DNA of 64,000 bases from Phaeosaccion multiseriatum (lineage: Eukaryota > Protista > Ochrophyta, other classes). Shown one piece after another: positions 1 to 10,201 of this stretch. The notes below the pieces were generated by a model that saw only the letters and a list, made by a program, of their open reading frames with translations, searched no databases and was not told the origin of the DNA. Location of the stretch: contig OZ218959.1 of the NCBI GenBank assembly GCA_965112735.1, forward strand, positions 558,001 to 622,000, given 5' to 3'. A program made the position numbers and the translations under genes. The stretch's first letter is position 1, and every line of letters starts with the position of its first letter.

Positions 1-865
1 GGCGGGATACGCATGCGGTGGCTGGCTCATCTTCATGGGAATTGTCGGCAAGGTGGCCGGAATCATCACTTCCATCCCGGACTCCGTGCTGGGAGGCATG
101 ACCATCTTCCTCTTCTCCAACGTGATGGTGAGCGGCATCAAAATCCTGTCCCAGGTAGACTTGAACTCGCGCCGCGCACGCTTCATCCTGGCCCTCTCTC
201 TGGCGCTCGGCGTGGGTGTGACTGTCTGGCCCTTCGCCTTTTTGGACCGCCGGTAAGGAAGGAAGGAAGGAAGTCAAGGAAGGAAGGAAGTAAGGAAGGA
301 AGGAAGGAACGATGGGGGAGCTCGGCTGAAGCGGGAGCTATCCTCTGTATCTTTTGTTCGATTTCCGTAACGCTCTCGCGTTTGTCTCCCCCTCTACCAC
401 AGGGCGAGTCCCTACACCGCCAATTTCTGGCCCTGCAATGACTGCGGCGACAACATGAAGGGGCTCAGAAACGGAGTCGTCATTTTCTTGTCCACGGTGA
501 GAGTTTCAAGTCGGCGGATAGGCACGGAATACTGCTGGGCAGCGCAGCCAGGAGCTGCTTTGGGTATTGTACTTTGGTCGACTCTCTCTTGTCTTTTACA
601 GGCTCGCCCTTTCACCTCCACCCACGCTTGTCCGCCTTGTCTGTCTTGCAACCCTCTCCTTGTGTGCCTGCGTCCCCCCGCTCCTCAGGGCTACTGCATC
701 GGCACAGTTACCGCCGTTATCCTCAACTGTATTCTGCCCGCGGACGTGATGGTGGACGGCAGCATGCACGACAAGGTCCTCAGCCCCGTCGTCGTCGCCA
801 ACCAGGACCCTCCGAAGGAAGCCAATGGCCCCATTACCACCGCTCCAAAGTACAGCGCGGCGTAA
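1..865 (+). CDS. NCS2/NAT family xanthine-uracil (UapA-like) permease, 3' part; exons <1-252, 403-496, 689-865
   Basis: AGYACGGWLIFMGIVGKVAGIITSIPDSVLGGMTIFLFSNVMVSGIKIL...RARFILALSLALGVG...TAVILNCILP matches the NCS2 C-terminal helices. GT-AG introns 253-402 and 497-688 keep the frame. Confidence 0.85.
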
Positions 866-1133
866 GGCGCCGCAGCGAATGAGTAGATGCGCGTATATAC
901 AAGTCTGCTGACTGTACAGTAACTGTAGCATAGATAGGCTTGGCTGGTGCATGCCCCCATTAGAAGCACATAGGCTTAAGAAAAGTATAGGGGCAGCCAA
1001 GGCTTCCGGGCGAGCATGGTGCGGTCGGTGCGGTGGAGAAAAGAGTCGAGTGACAAGCTCGGTGAAGAATGTAGTGTGTAGAGGAAGGAGGGGAAGGAGA
1101 TGTGTGTGCGTGTGTGTGCGTGAGAGAGAGAGA

Positions 1134-1164
<31 letters not shown>

Positions 1165-2049
1165 TGACACAGATGTTTTCCTCCTTGTGCACGAATGCTT
1201 TCGTTGCTTCAAGTCGCCAGCCATCTTTGAGATGGATTGCGGCGGCGATGAAAGACAGGATTGTTGATTCTGGCCCAGACTCGACGAAGGCCCCCCAAGA
1301 GCCCCAGAACCCGAAAAGTGGACCTGCCTACAGTAATGAAAAGGGCCGCAGGTCTTGGCCTCGGCCTGGGGGTGCGCGGCCCGGGCTGGAGGAGCGGAGC
1401 CCCCCTCGTTGGGTGCACGAGTCAGTTCAACATTTTCTACTTTGTATAGTGTTTATTTTTGTTGTTGTTTTTTTTAATTACCGAACATTTATTTTATTTT
1501 TTAATTATCGAACATTTATTTTTAATTTTTCTTATTATCGAATGATTACGCCCCACCCCTCTACACCTCCACATGTACCCAATACTTCGCAGACAACGCT
1601 CGGGCTGCTCCTGCTGCGCGCCATCCTCCCGTGACCCTGTCCTCTAAATCCAGAGGGACGAACTCAACAGAACGGTTTGGCTAGGCTGGACTGTACCACC
1701 AAGCATGGCCAAGCCTTTGCGGCCCAGTCTCCCCCCGCACCGAGCCCCGCACTAACGCCACCACTCCTCGTTGATACAGACACTCCCTCGTCGTCAACTG
1801 TGAAACGTGGGGCAGCGTGTAAGGAAGAAAGAGGCACTCCTTGACCAACACCAGCTTGCTCCTCCTGCTCCTGCTGTGGAGCACCAACGCGCCCCCTCCG
1901 AACCACCCGTCGCTCTCGCCCCTGGCTGAGCCGCAGCGTTGTGCCTCACAGCACCTCGCCTTCCAATCCCTCACGCCTCACGTCCCTGGCTGCGAAACTC
2001 CTCTACGGTCGTCTGGAGGCCTCTGAGCTGGAGGCCATGGACGACGAAC

Positions 2050-3130
2050 AGGAGGAGCAGCCGGGATGTCCTCATCACCCGTGCACCACCGAAGACGCTT
2101 CCCATGCACACACAGCCCACCTTTGGCAGATCAGAAGCCAGTCGCTTGCAAACGTAAGTCGCGCCGCCTTCTTCCCTCAAACGCTGAACAACACGACACG
2201 GACCAAACCATCGCAGAGGATCAAGCTTGGCGGTGCGGCCAGTACGCTGGCGGTACCGGTGCACCCACACCCTATCTCCATCCTCTTCATCACAACGAAA
2301 CTACGATACCTCTCCCTGGCGCCATCAGTTGTGAATGTCTGCCAGCCGAGGCAGAGTGTCCACTGCCATCTGCTGAATCTCGCTGACTCTGTCTGTCAAG
2401 TCTTCCACATAGTCACTCACGCTCACCCAGCGCGAAGGCAACCTCACCCGTCTACCCAGCATGCATTCAAGCGGGAGAGTAGGCTCCTGACCATACAACA
2501 AGGCTGAACGGGGCCATGCCCAGGAGCCGCGTCGGGCTCGAGCGAAAGCAAAAGAGCGCCTAAGGCAACCACTTGTCCAATCGCGCTGGTGCTCGGCAGC
2601 GAAGGAGGAAAGGAAGCGCACCAGGGTGCCATTCACCTGCTCCGTCAGACAGTTACACTCCGGATGGTACGGGGTCGTGAAGCGCTTCTCGGTACTCAGC
2701 TGTTGAGTGACAGCTCCGAGGAGACGGCTCCGAAGCTTCGGCCCGTTGTCCGAGAGCAAAACACGAGGACAGACATGACGCGGGAGTATCTCCCTACCAG
2801 TAGCTCCGCAATCACCTCCGCTGTGTGCTGCTTCACTGCAAAGGCCTCCGGCCACCGAGTCAGATAGTCCGTGAAGACGACCATACACTTGTTGCCTTCG
2901 CTCCTCCGTGAGCGAGAGGTCTACCACGTCTACCCCCACATAATCAAACGTAGCCTGGCGCAACCGGTATATTGCTCACAGCTTTCGCGTTCCTCCTTTG
3001 ACCATCCACCACAGTAGTGCCATCGCGAAGACGCTATTCGTTGGAAGCTGCTCTTGGTGATCATGCCACGTGCGTTATGCCACGGCGCCTTGCTTGCGTC
3101 AGCAAAACGCTCCATCGATAATTCCAACTG
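2050..3130 (-). mobile_element. Degenerate Ty3/gypsy LTR retrotransposon integrase remnant (zinc-binding region, rve core, GPY/F region)
   Basis: Fragments in several frames: VVFTDYLTRWPEAFAV, VLLSDNGPKL, FTTPYHPECNCLTEQVNGTL, LLYGQEPTLP and AKLDPLRWFGPCRVVQRL. Multiple frameshifts; no LTRs recognised. Confidence 0.85.
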
Positions 3131-3139
3131 AACTTGTAC

Positions 3140-3643
3140 ACCAACTGCCCGCCCCTGGCTGCTGTGCACCGCCGCCACCACCACAGGCCAACACCAACGG
3201 CACCGCCTGCAGGGGTGGGAACGCGCCCGACCGTGCTTGTGGGGCAATATGAGACCTACACCACCTCATCATGCTCTGTCCCCGCCTGCTCAGCCATCCT
3301 CCGCAGCGTCGGCAGCGTCAAAGTCGTCCACACTGCACAAAGTGCGACAACTACGAGACGCCGCCGCAGCGCGAGCCATCTTGGCCTGCGCCCTCTATGT
3401 GTGGAAAGAATACTTCACCTCATCCGACAATAACATACCTCAAATGTTATTATCGGAAGAGGTGAAGTGTTCCTTCCACTCGTAGACAGCGCAGGCCAAG
3501 ATGGCTCGCGCTGCGGCGGCGTCGCGTAGTTGTCGCAAGCACGGTCGGGCGCGTTCCCACCCTCCAAGCGGCGCCGTTGGTTGGTGTTGGCCTGTGGTGG
3601 TGGCGGCGGTGTTGGGTACAGCAGCAAGGGGCGGGCAGTTGGT
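3140..3643. repeat. Imperfect fold-back inverted repeat (~500 bp) with a 7-nt loop at 3437-3443
   Basis: 3343-3436 pairs with 3444-3537 (CCGACAATAACAT-acctcaa-ATGTTATTATCGG). 3140-3239 pairs with ~3536-3643. About 100 bp extra in the left arm. Confidence 0.85.
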
Positions 3644-3809
3644 GTTGTTGCTTGTCGAGGAGCCTTGGTCTCCTCAGAGAGGGGCGAGGCGTTACTTTTA
3701 GACATCTCTCAACTCACCGGTTCCACACTCAACGCACAACCACGAATCCGAATATCCCCCCTCTCCTGTAAAAAAACAACTGTTACCACCAGTGTTTGGT
3801 GTTACGAAG

Positions 3810-3959
3810 TCGAAGCAGCGCAGAGTACTCACAGCCCTCTTGGACGCCACGAGTGGATCCGCTTGGTCTAAAAAGGCTGGATGGAACGCGGCCCTCTTTT
3901 TTTTTTTCGGAGTAAGACCTCGACACAACATGGTGAGAGAGCTACAGTTGTATGATTGA
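3810..3959 (+). pseudogene. Degenerate LRR N-terminal cap coding segment
   Basis: Manual translation gives SKQRRVLTALLDATSGSAWSKKAGWNAALFFFFGVRPRHNMVRELQLYD*. This resembles the algal/plant LRR cap (xRxALxALxxATxGxxWxxxxGW...GV...RVxxLxL). A T11 run interrupts it, and there is a stop where NNL is expected. Not in the ORF track. Confidence 0.65.
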
Positions 3960-4513
3960 TGATTATGGTTGTTGCGCCTTAGGTTCTAAAGTTCTTCTAC
4001 TTCAAATATCCTTCTACACTACCCATGACGAAGCAAAGCCGGCCAAGGATTGTAAGGGAGCGGCATGACGTGGTAGTCCAGCGAGTCTCGTTCGCGTCCC
4101 TTGACTTGATGTTTGGTTGTGGCTTTCCCCCCATCTCAGGGACTACTCCGCAACTTGGACGGGTCACACCTTCGAGAACTTTTGCTCGACGGGAACCTTC
4201 TAGACGGTCGGTGTTACGCGAACCCCGTTCGCATCCCTTTCACTTGATATGAGTATGACCAAATTTGTACCTCAGCTACAAGAAGTTCACTGGTGAGTGG
4301 TGGGGTTCGCGTCCCTTTCGCTTGATATGCGTATGACAAAGAACTTTCCCTCCGCTCCGCAGAGAGAGTTCCAGTGGAGCTTGGAAGTCTGGAGAAGCTT
4401 GAGCATTTGGACCTCTCTGAACACGCTCACTGGTAAGTGGTACGCACACCCGTTCGGGTGCGTCTCCTTGACTCGATATTGGTGTGGCTGAAGAACTCTC
4501 CTCCCATCCGCAG

Positions 4514-7500
4514 GGCGTATTCCACCAGAGCTTGGAAGTCTGGAGAAGCTTCAGGGTTTGGGCCTCTCCGGCAACAAGCTCACTGGTATGTGGTACGCGT
4601 ATCCGTTCGCGTCCACTTGACTTGATAGATATTAGTATGGCTGAAGAACTTTCCCCACGTCTCAGGGAGTACTACGCCGCAACTTGGACAGCTTTCAAAC
4701 CTTCGAGAACTGTGGCTCCACGTGAACAATCTAGAAGGTGGGGGGTACGGGAATGGCGTACATCTACCTTCCAGATTGTTATCGAGCCATAGTTGTCTAA
4801 GGTTTGAAAGCTTTCCAAGTTGCGGCACAATACTGCCTGGGGTGGGAGGGAAGCTCTTCAGCCATGCCAGTATCAAGTGAAAGAGACGCGAATGGGTGTG
4901 CGTACCACTCACCGGTGAGCTTATTGTTGTGGAGGCCCGAAGTCTCAAGCTTCTCCAGACTTCCAAGCTCTGGTGGAATACTCCCTGCGGATGGGAGGGA
5001 AGTTCTTGGGTCACACTGATATCAAGTGAAGGGGACGCGAACGGTTGTGGTACCACTCACCGGTGAGCTTGTTGTTGTGGAGGCCCGAAGTCTCAAGCTT
5101 CTCCAGACTTCCAAGCTCTGGTGGAATGCTCCCTGCTGATGGATGGGAGGAGAGTTCTTTGGTCACACCATTACCAAGCGAAAGGGCCGTTCCCGTCCCT
5201 TTCACTTGATATCAGTATGGCTGAAGACCTGTCCTCCCGTCCGCAGGGCGCATTCCACCAGAGCTTGGAAGTCTGGAGAAGCTTCAGGGTTTGGGCCTCT
5301 CCGGCAACAAGCTCACTGGTAGAAGTGGTACGCGTACCCGTTCGCGTCCACTTGACTTGATCGATACTAGTATGGCTGAAGAACTTTCCCCACGTCTCAG
5401 GGAGTATTACGCCGCAACTTGGACAGCTTTCAAGCCTTCGAGAACTGTGGCTCCACGTGAACAATCTAGAAGGTGGGTGGTACGCGAACGGCGTACCATC
5501 TACCTTCTAGATTGTTCTTATCGAGCCATAGTTGTCCAAGGTTTGAAAGCTGTCCAAGTTGCGGCACAATACTGCCTGGGGTGGGAGGGAAGTTCTTCAG
5601 CCATGCCAGTATCAAGTGAAAGAGACGCGAATGGGTGTGCGTACCACTCACCGGTGAGCTTATTGTTGTGGAGGCCCGAAGTCTCAAGCTTCTCCAGACT
5701 TCCAAGCTCTGGTGGAATACTCCCTGCTGATGGATGGGAGGAGAGTTCTTTGGTCACACCATTATCAAGCGAAAGGGCCGTTCCCGTCCCTTTCACTTGA
5801 TATGAGTATGGCTGAAGACCTGTCCTCCCGTCCGCAGGGCGCATTCCACCAGAGCTTGGAAGTCTGGAGAAGCTTCAGGGTTTGGGCCCCTCCGGCAACA
5901 AGCTCACTGGTAGAAGTGGTACGCGTACCCGTTCGCGTCCACTTGACTTGATAGATATTAGTATGGCTGAAGAACTTTCCCCACGTCTCAGGGAGTATTA
6001 CGCTGCAACTTGGACAGCTTTCAAACCTTCGAGAACTGTGGCTCCACGTGAACAATCTAGAAGATGGGTGGTGCGCGAACGGCGTACCATCTACCTTCTA
6101 GATTGTTCTTATCGAGCCATAGTTGTCTAAGGTTTGAAAGCTGTCCAAGTTGCGGCACAATACTGCCTGAGGTGGGAGGGAAGCTCTTCAGCCATGACAG
6201 TATCAAGTGTGAAAGAGACGCGAAGGGGTACGCGTACCACTCACCGGTGAGCTTATTGTTGTGGAGGCCCGAAGTCTCAAGCTTCTCCAGACTTCCAAGC
6301 TCTGGTGGAATGCTCCCTGCGGATGGATGGGAGGAGAGTTCTTTGGTCACACTGATATCAAGTGAAGGGGACGCGAACGGTTGTGGTACCACTCACCGGT
6401 GAGCTTGTTGTTGTGGAGGCCCGAAGTCTCAAGCTTCTCCAGACTTCCAAGCTCTGGTGGAATGCTCCCTGCTGATGGATGGGAGGAGAGTTCTTTGGTC
6501 ACACCATTATCAAGCGAAAGGGCCGTTCCCGTCCCTTTCACTTGATACGAGTATGGCTGAAGAACTGTCCTCCCATCCGCAGGGCGCATTCCACCAGAGC
6601 TTGGAAGTTTGGAGAAGCTTCAGGGTTTGGGCCCCTCCGGCAACAAGCTCACTGGTAGAAGTGGTACGCGTACCCGTTCGCGTCCACTTGACTTGATAGA
6701 TATTAGTATGGCTGAAGAACTCTCCCCACATCTCAGGGAGTATTACGCCGCAACTTGGACAGCTTTCAAACCTTCGAGAACTGTGGCTCCACTTGAACAA
6801 TCTAGAAGATGGGTGGTACGCGAACGGCGTACCATCTACCTTCTAGATTGTTCTTATCGAGCCATAGTTGTCCAAGGTTTGAAAGCTGTCCAAGTTGCGG
6901 CACAATACTGCCTGGGGTGGGAGGGAAGCTCTTCAGCCATGCCAGTATCAAGTGAAAGAGACGCGAATGGGTGTGCGTACCACTCACCGGTGAGCTTATT
7001 GTTGTGGAGGCCCGAAGTCTCAAGCTTCTCCAGACTTCCAAGCTCTGGTGGAATACTCCCTGCTGATGGATGGGAGGAGAGTTCTTTGGTCACACCATTA
7101 TCAAGCGAAAGGGCCGTTCCCGTCCCTTTCACTTGATATGAGTATGGCTGAAGACCTGTCCTCCCGTCCGCAGGGCGCATTCCACCAGAGCTTGGAAGTC
7201 TGGAGAAGCTTCAGGGTTTGGGCCCCTCCGGCAACAAGCTCACTGGTAGAAGTGGTACGCGTACCCGTTCGCGTCCACTTGACTTGATAGATATTAGTAT
7301 GGCTGAAGAACTTTCCCCACGTCTCAGGGAGTATTACGCTGCAACTTGGACAGCTTTCAAACCTTCGAGAACTGTGGCTCCACGTGAACAATCTAGAAGA
7401 TGGGTGGTGCGCGAACGGCGTACCATCTACCTTCTAGATTGTTCTTATCGAGCCATAGTTGTCTAAGGTTTGAAAGCTGTCCAAGTTGCGGCACAATACT

Positions 7501-10201
7501 GCCTGGGGTGGGAGGGAAGTTCTTCAGCCATGACAGTATCAAGTGTGAAAGAGACGCGAAGGGGTACGCGTACCACTTGCTTGCCCCTGAGCTGTTTCCT
7601 GTTCAGGCCGAGCACCATCAGGTTCTCAACACTTCCAAGCTCTGGTGGAATGCTCCCTGCGGATGGGAGGAGAGTTCTTTGGTCACACTGATATCAAGTG
7701 AAGGGGACGCGAACGGTTGTGGTACCACTCACCGGTGAGCTTGTTGTTGTGGAGGCCCGAAGTCTCAAGCTTCTCCAGACTTCCAAGCTCTGGTGGAATG
7801 CTCCCTGCTGATGGATGGGAGGAGAGTTCTTTGGTCACACCATTATCAAGCGAAAGGGCCGTTCCCGTCCCTTTCACTTGATATGAGTATGGCTGAAGAA
7901 CTGTCCTCCCATCCGCAGGGCGCATTCCACCAGAGCTTGGAAGTTTGGAGAAGCTTCAGGGTTTGGGCCTCTCCGGCAACAAGCTCACTGGTAGAAGTGG
8001 TACGCGTACCCGTTCGCGTCCACTTGACTTGATAGATATTAGTATGGCTACGAACTCTCCCCGCGTCTCAGGGAGTATTACGCCGCAACTTGGACAGCTT
8101 TCAAACCTTCGAGAATTGTGGCTCCACGTGAACAATCTAGAAGGTGGGTGGTACGCGAACGGCGTACCATCTACCTTCTAGATTGTTCTTATCGAGCCAT
8201 AGTTGTCTAAGGTTTGAAAGCTGTCCAAGTTGCGGCACAATACTGCCTGGGGTGGGAGGGAAGTTCTTCAGCCATGCCAGTATCAAGTGAAAGAGACGCG
8301 AATGGGTGTGCGTACCACTCACCGGTGAGCTTATTGTTGTGGAGGCCCGAAGTCTCAAGCTTCTCCAGACTTCCAAGCTCTGGTGGAATGCTCCCTGCGG
8401 ATGGGAGGGAAGTTCTTGGGTCACACTGATATCAAGTGAAGGGGACGCGAACGGTTGTGGTACCACTCACCGGTGAGCTTGTTGTTGTGGAGGCCCGAAG
8501 TCTCAAGCTTCTCCAGACTTCCAAGCTCTGGTGGAATGCTCCCTGCTGATGGATGGGAGGAGAGTTCTTTGGTCACACCATTATCAAGCGAAAGGGCCGT
8601 TCCCGTCCCTTTCACTTGATACGAGTATGGCTGAAGAACTGTCCTCCCATCCGCAGGGCGCATTCCACCAGAGCTTGGAAGTCTGGAGAAGCTTCAGGGT
8701 TTGGGCCCCTCCGGCAACAAGCTCACTGGTAGAAGTGGTACGCGTACCCGTTCGCGTCCACTTGACTTGATAGATATTAGTATGGCTGAAGAACTTTCCC
8801 CACGTCTCAGGGAGTATTACGCCGCAACTTGGACAGCTTTCAAACCTTCGAGAACTGTGGCTCCACGTGAACAATCTAGAAGGTGGGTGGTACGCGAACG
8901 GCGTACCATCTACCTTCTAGATTGTTCTTATCGAGCCATAGTTGTCTAAGGTTTGAAAGCTGTCCAAGTTGCGGCACAATACTGCCTGGGGTGGGAGGGA
9001 AGTTCTTCAGCCATGCCAGTATCAAGTGAAAGAGACGCGAATGGGTGTGCGTACCACTCACCGGTGAGCTTATTGTTGTGGAGGCCCGAAGTCTCAAGCT
9101 TCTCCAGACTTCCAAGCTCTGGTGGAATACTCCCTGCGGATGGGAGGAGAGTTCTTGGGTCACACTAATATCAAGTGAAGGGGACGCGAACGGTTGTGGT
9201 ACCACTCACCGATGAGCTTGTTGTTGTGGAGGCCCGAAGTCTCAAGCTTCTCCAGACTTCCAAGCTCTGGTGGAATGCTCCCTGCTGATGGATGGGAGGA
9301 GAGTTCTTTGGTCACACCATTATCAAGCGAAAGGGCCGTTCCCGTCCCTTTCACTTGATATGAGTATGGCTGAAGACCTGTCCTCCCGTCCGCAGGGCGC
9401 ATTCCACCAGAGCTTGGAAGTCTGGAGAAGCTTCAGGGTTTGGGCCTCTCCGGCAACAAGTTCACTGGTAGAAGTGGTACGCGTACCCGTTCGCGTCCAC
9501 TTGACTTGATAGATATTAGTATGGCTCCAACTTTCCCCACGTCTCAGGGAGTATTACGCCGCAACTTGGACAGCTTTCAAACCTTCGAGAACTGTGGCTC
9601 CACTTGAACAATCTAGAAGGTGGGTGGTACGCGAACGGCGTATCATCTACCTTCTAGATTGTTCTTATCGAGCCATAGTTGTCCAAGGTTTGAAAGCTGT
9701 CCAAGTTGCGGCACAATACTGCCTGAGGTGGGAGGGAAGCTCTTCAGCCATGCCAGTATGAAGTGAAAGAGATGCGAACGGGTACGCCACTTGCTTACTG
9801 AGCTGGTTCCTGTCCAGGCCGAGCACCATCAGGTTCTCAACACTTCCAAGCTCTGGTGGAATACTCCCTGCGGATGGGAGGAGAGTTCTTTGGTCACACT
9901 GATATCAAGTGAAGGGGACGCGAAAGGTTGTGGTACCACTCACAGGTGAGCTTGTTGTTGTGGAGGCCCGAAGTCTCAAGCTTCTCCAGACTTCCAAGCT
10001 CTGGTGGAATGCTCCCTGCTGATGGATGGGAGGAGAGTTCTTTGGTCACACCATTATCAAGCGAAAGGGCCGTTCCCGTCCCTTTCACTTGATATGAGTA
10101 TGGCTGAAGAACTGTCCTCCCGTCCGCAGGGCGCATTCCACCAGAGCTTGGAAGTCTGGAGAAGCTTCAGGGTTTGGGCCTCTCCGGCAACAAGCTCACT
10201 G
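4514..10201 (+). other. Plus-strand LRR exons. A (GRIPPELGSLEKLQGLGLSGNKLT): 4514-4585, 5247-5318, 5838-5909, 6583-6654, 7174-7245, 7919-7990, 8657-8728, 9396-9467, 10130-10201. B (GSITPQLGQLSNLRELWLHVNNLE): 4666-4737, 5401-5472, 5992-6063, 6737-6808, 7328-7399, 8072-8143, 8811-8882, 9548-9619
   Basis: 72-nt phase-1 exons with pyrimidine-rich CAG acceptors and GT donors. The donor is mutated to AT after B at 6064, 6809 and 7400. Frameshifted or remnant cassettes lie at 4140-4206, 4276-4292 and 4363-4432, and a truncated one at 10280-10320. Confidence 0.85.
4768..10015 (-). other. Minus-strand LRR exons. C (GSIVPQLGQLSNLRQLWLDKNNLE): 4768-4836, 5504-5575, 6095-6166, 6840-6911, 7431-7502, 8175-8246, 8914-8985, 9651-9722. 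D/E (GSIPPELGSLEKLETSGLHNNKLT): 4913-4984, 5061-5132, 5652-5723, 6245-6316, 6397-6468, 6988-7059, 7733-7804, 8323-8394, 8471-8542, 9062-9133, 9210-9281, 9944-10015. F (GSIPPELGSVENLMVLGLNRKQLR): 7585-7656, 9799-9867
   Basis: The reverse complement shows CAG|exon|GTGAGT (D/E), GTAGAT (C) and GCAAGC/GTAAGC (F). All are phase 1. Confidence 0.85.

Noticed and set aside
2050-3130. Adjacent gypsy integrase as the enzyme that shuffles the LRR cassettes
   Set aside because: It is heavily frameshifted, and retroviral-type integrases do not catalyse this kind of inversion. Proximity alone is not evidence.
4514-10201. Assembly artefact (falsely expanded repeat)
   Set aside because: Units differ by diagnostic SNPs, indels and exon content (D vs F, 4 vs 5 exons). 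The exact copy number still needs long-read confirmation.
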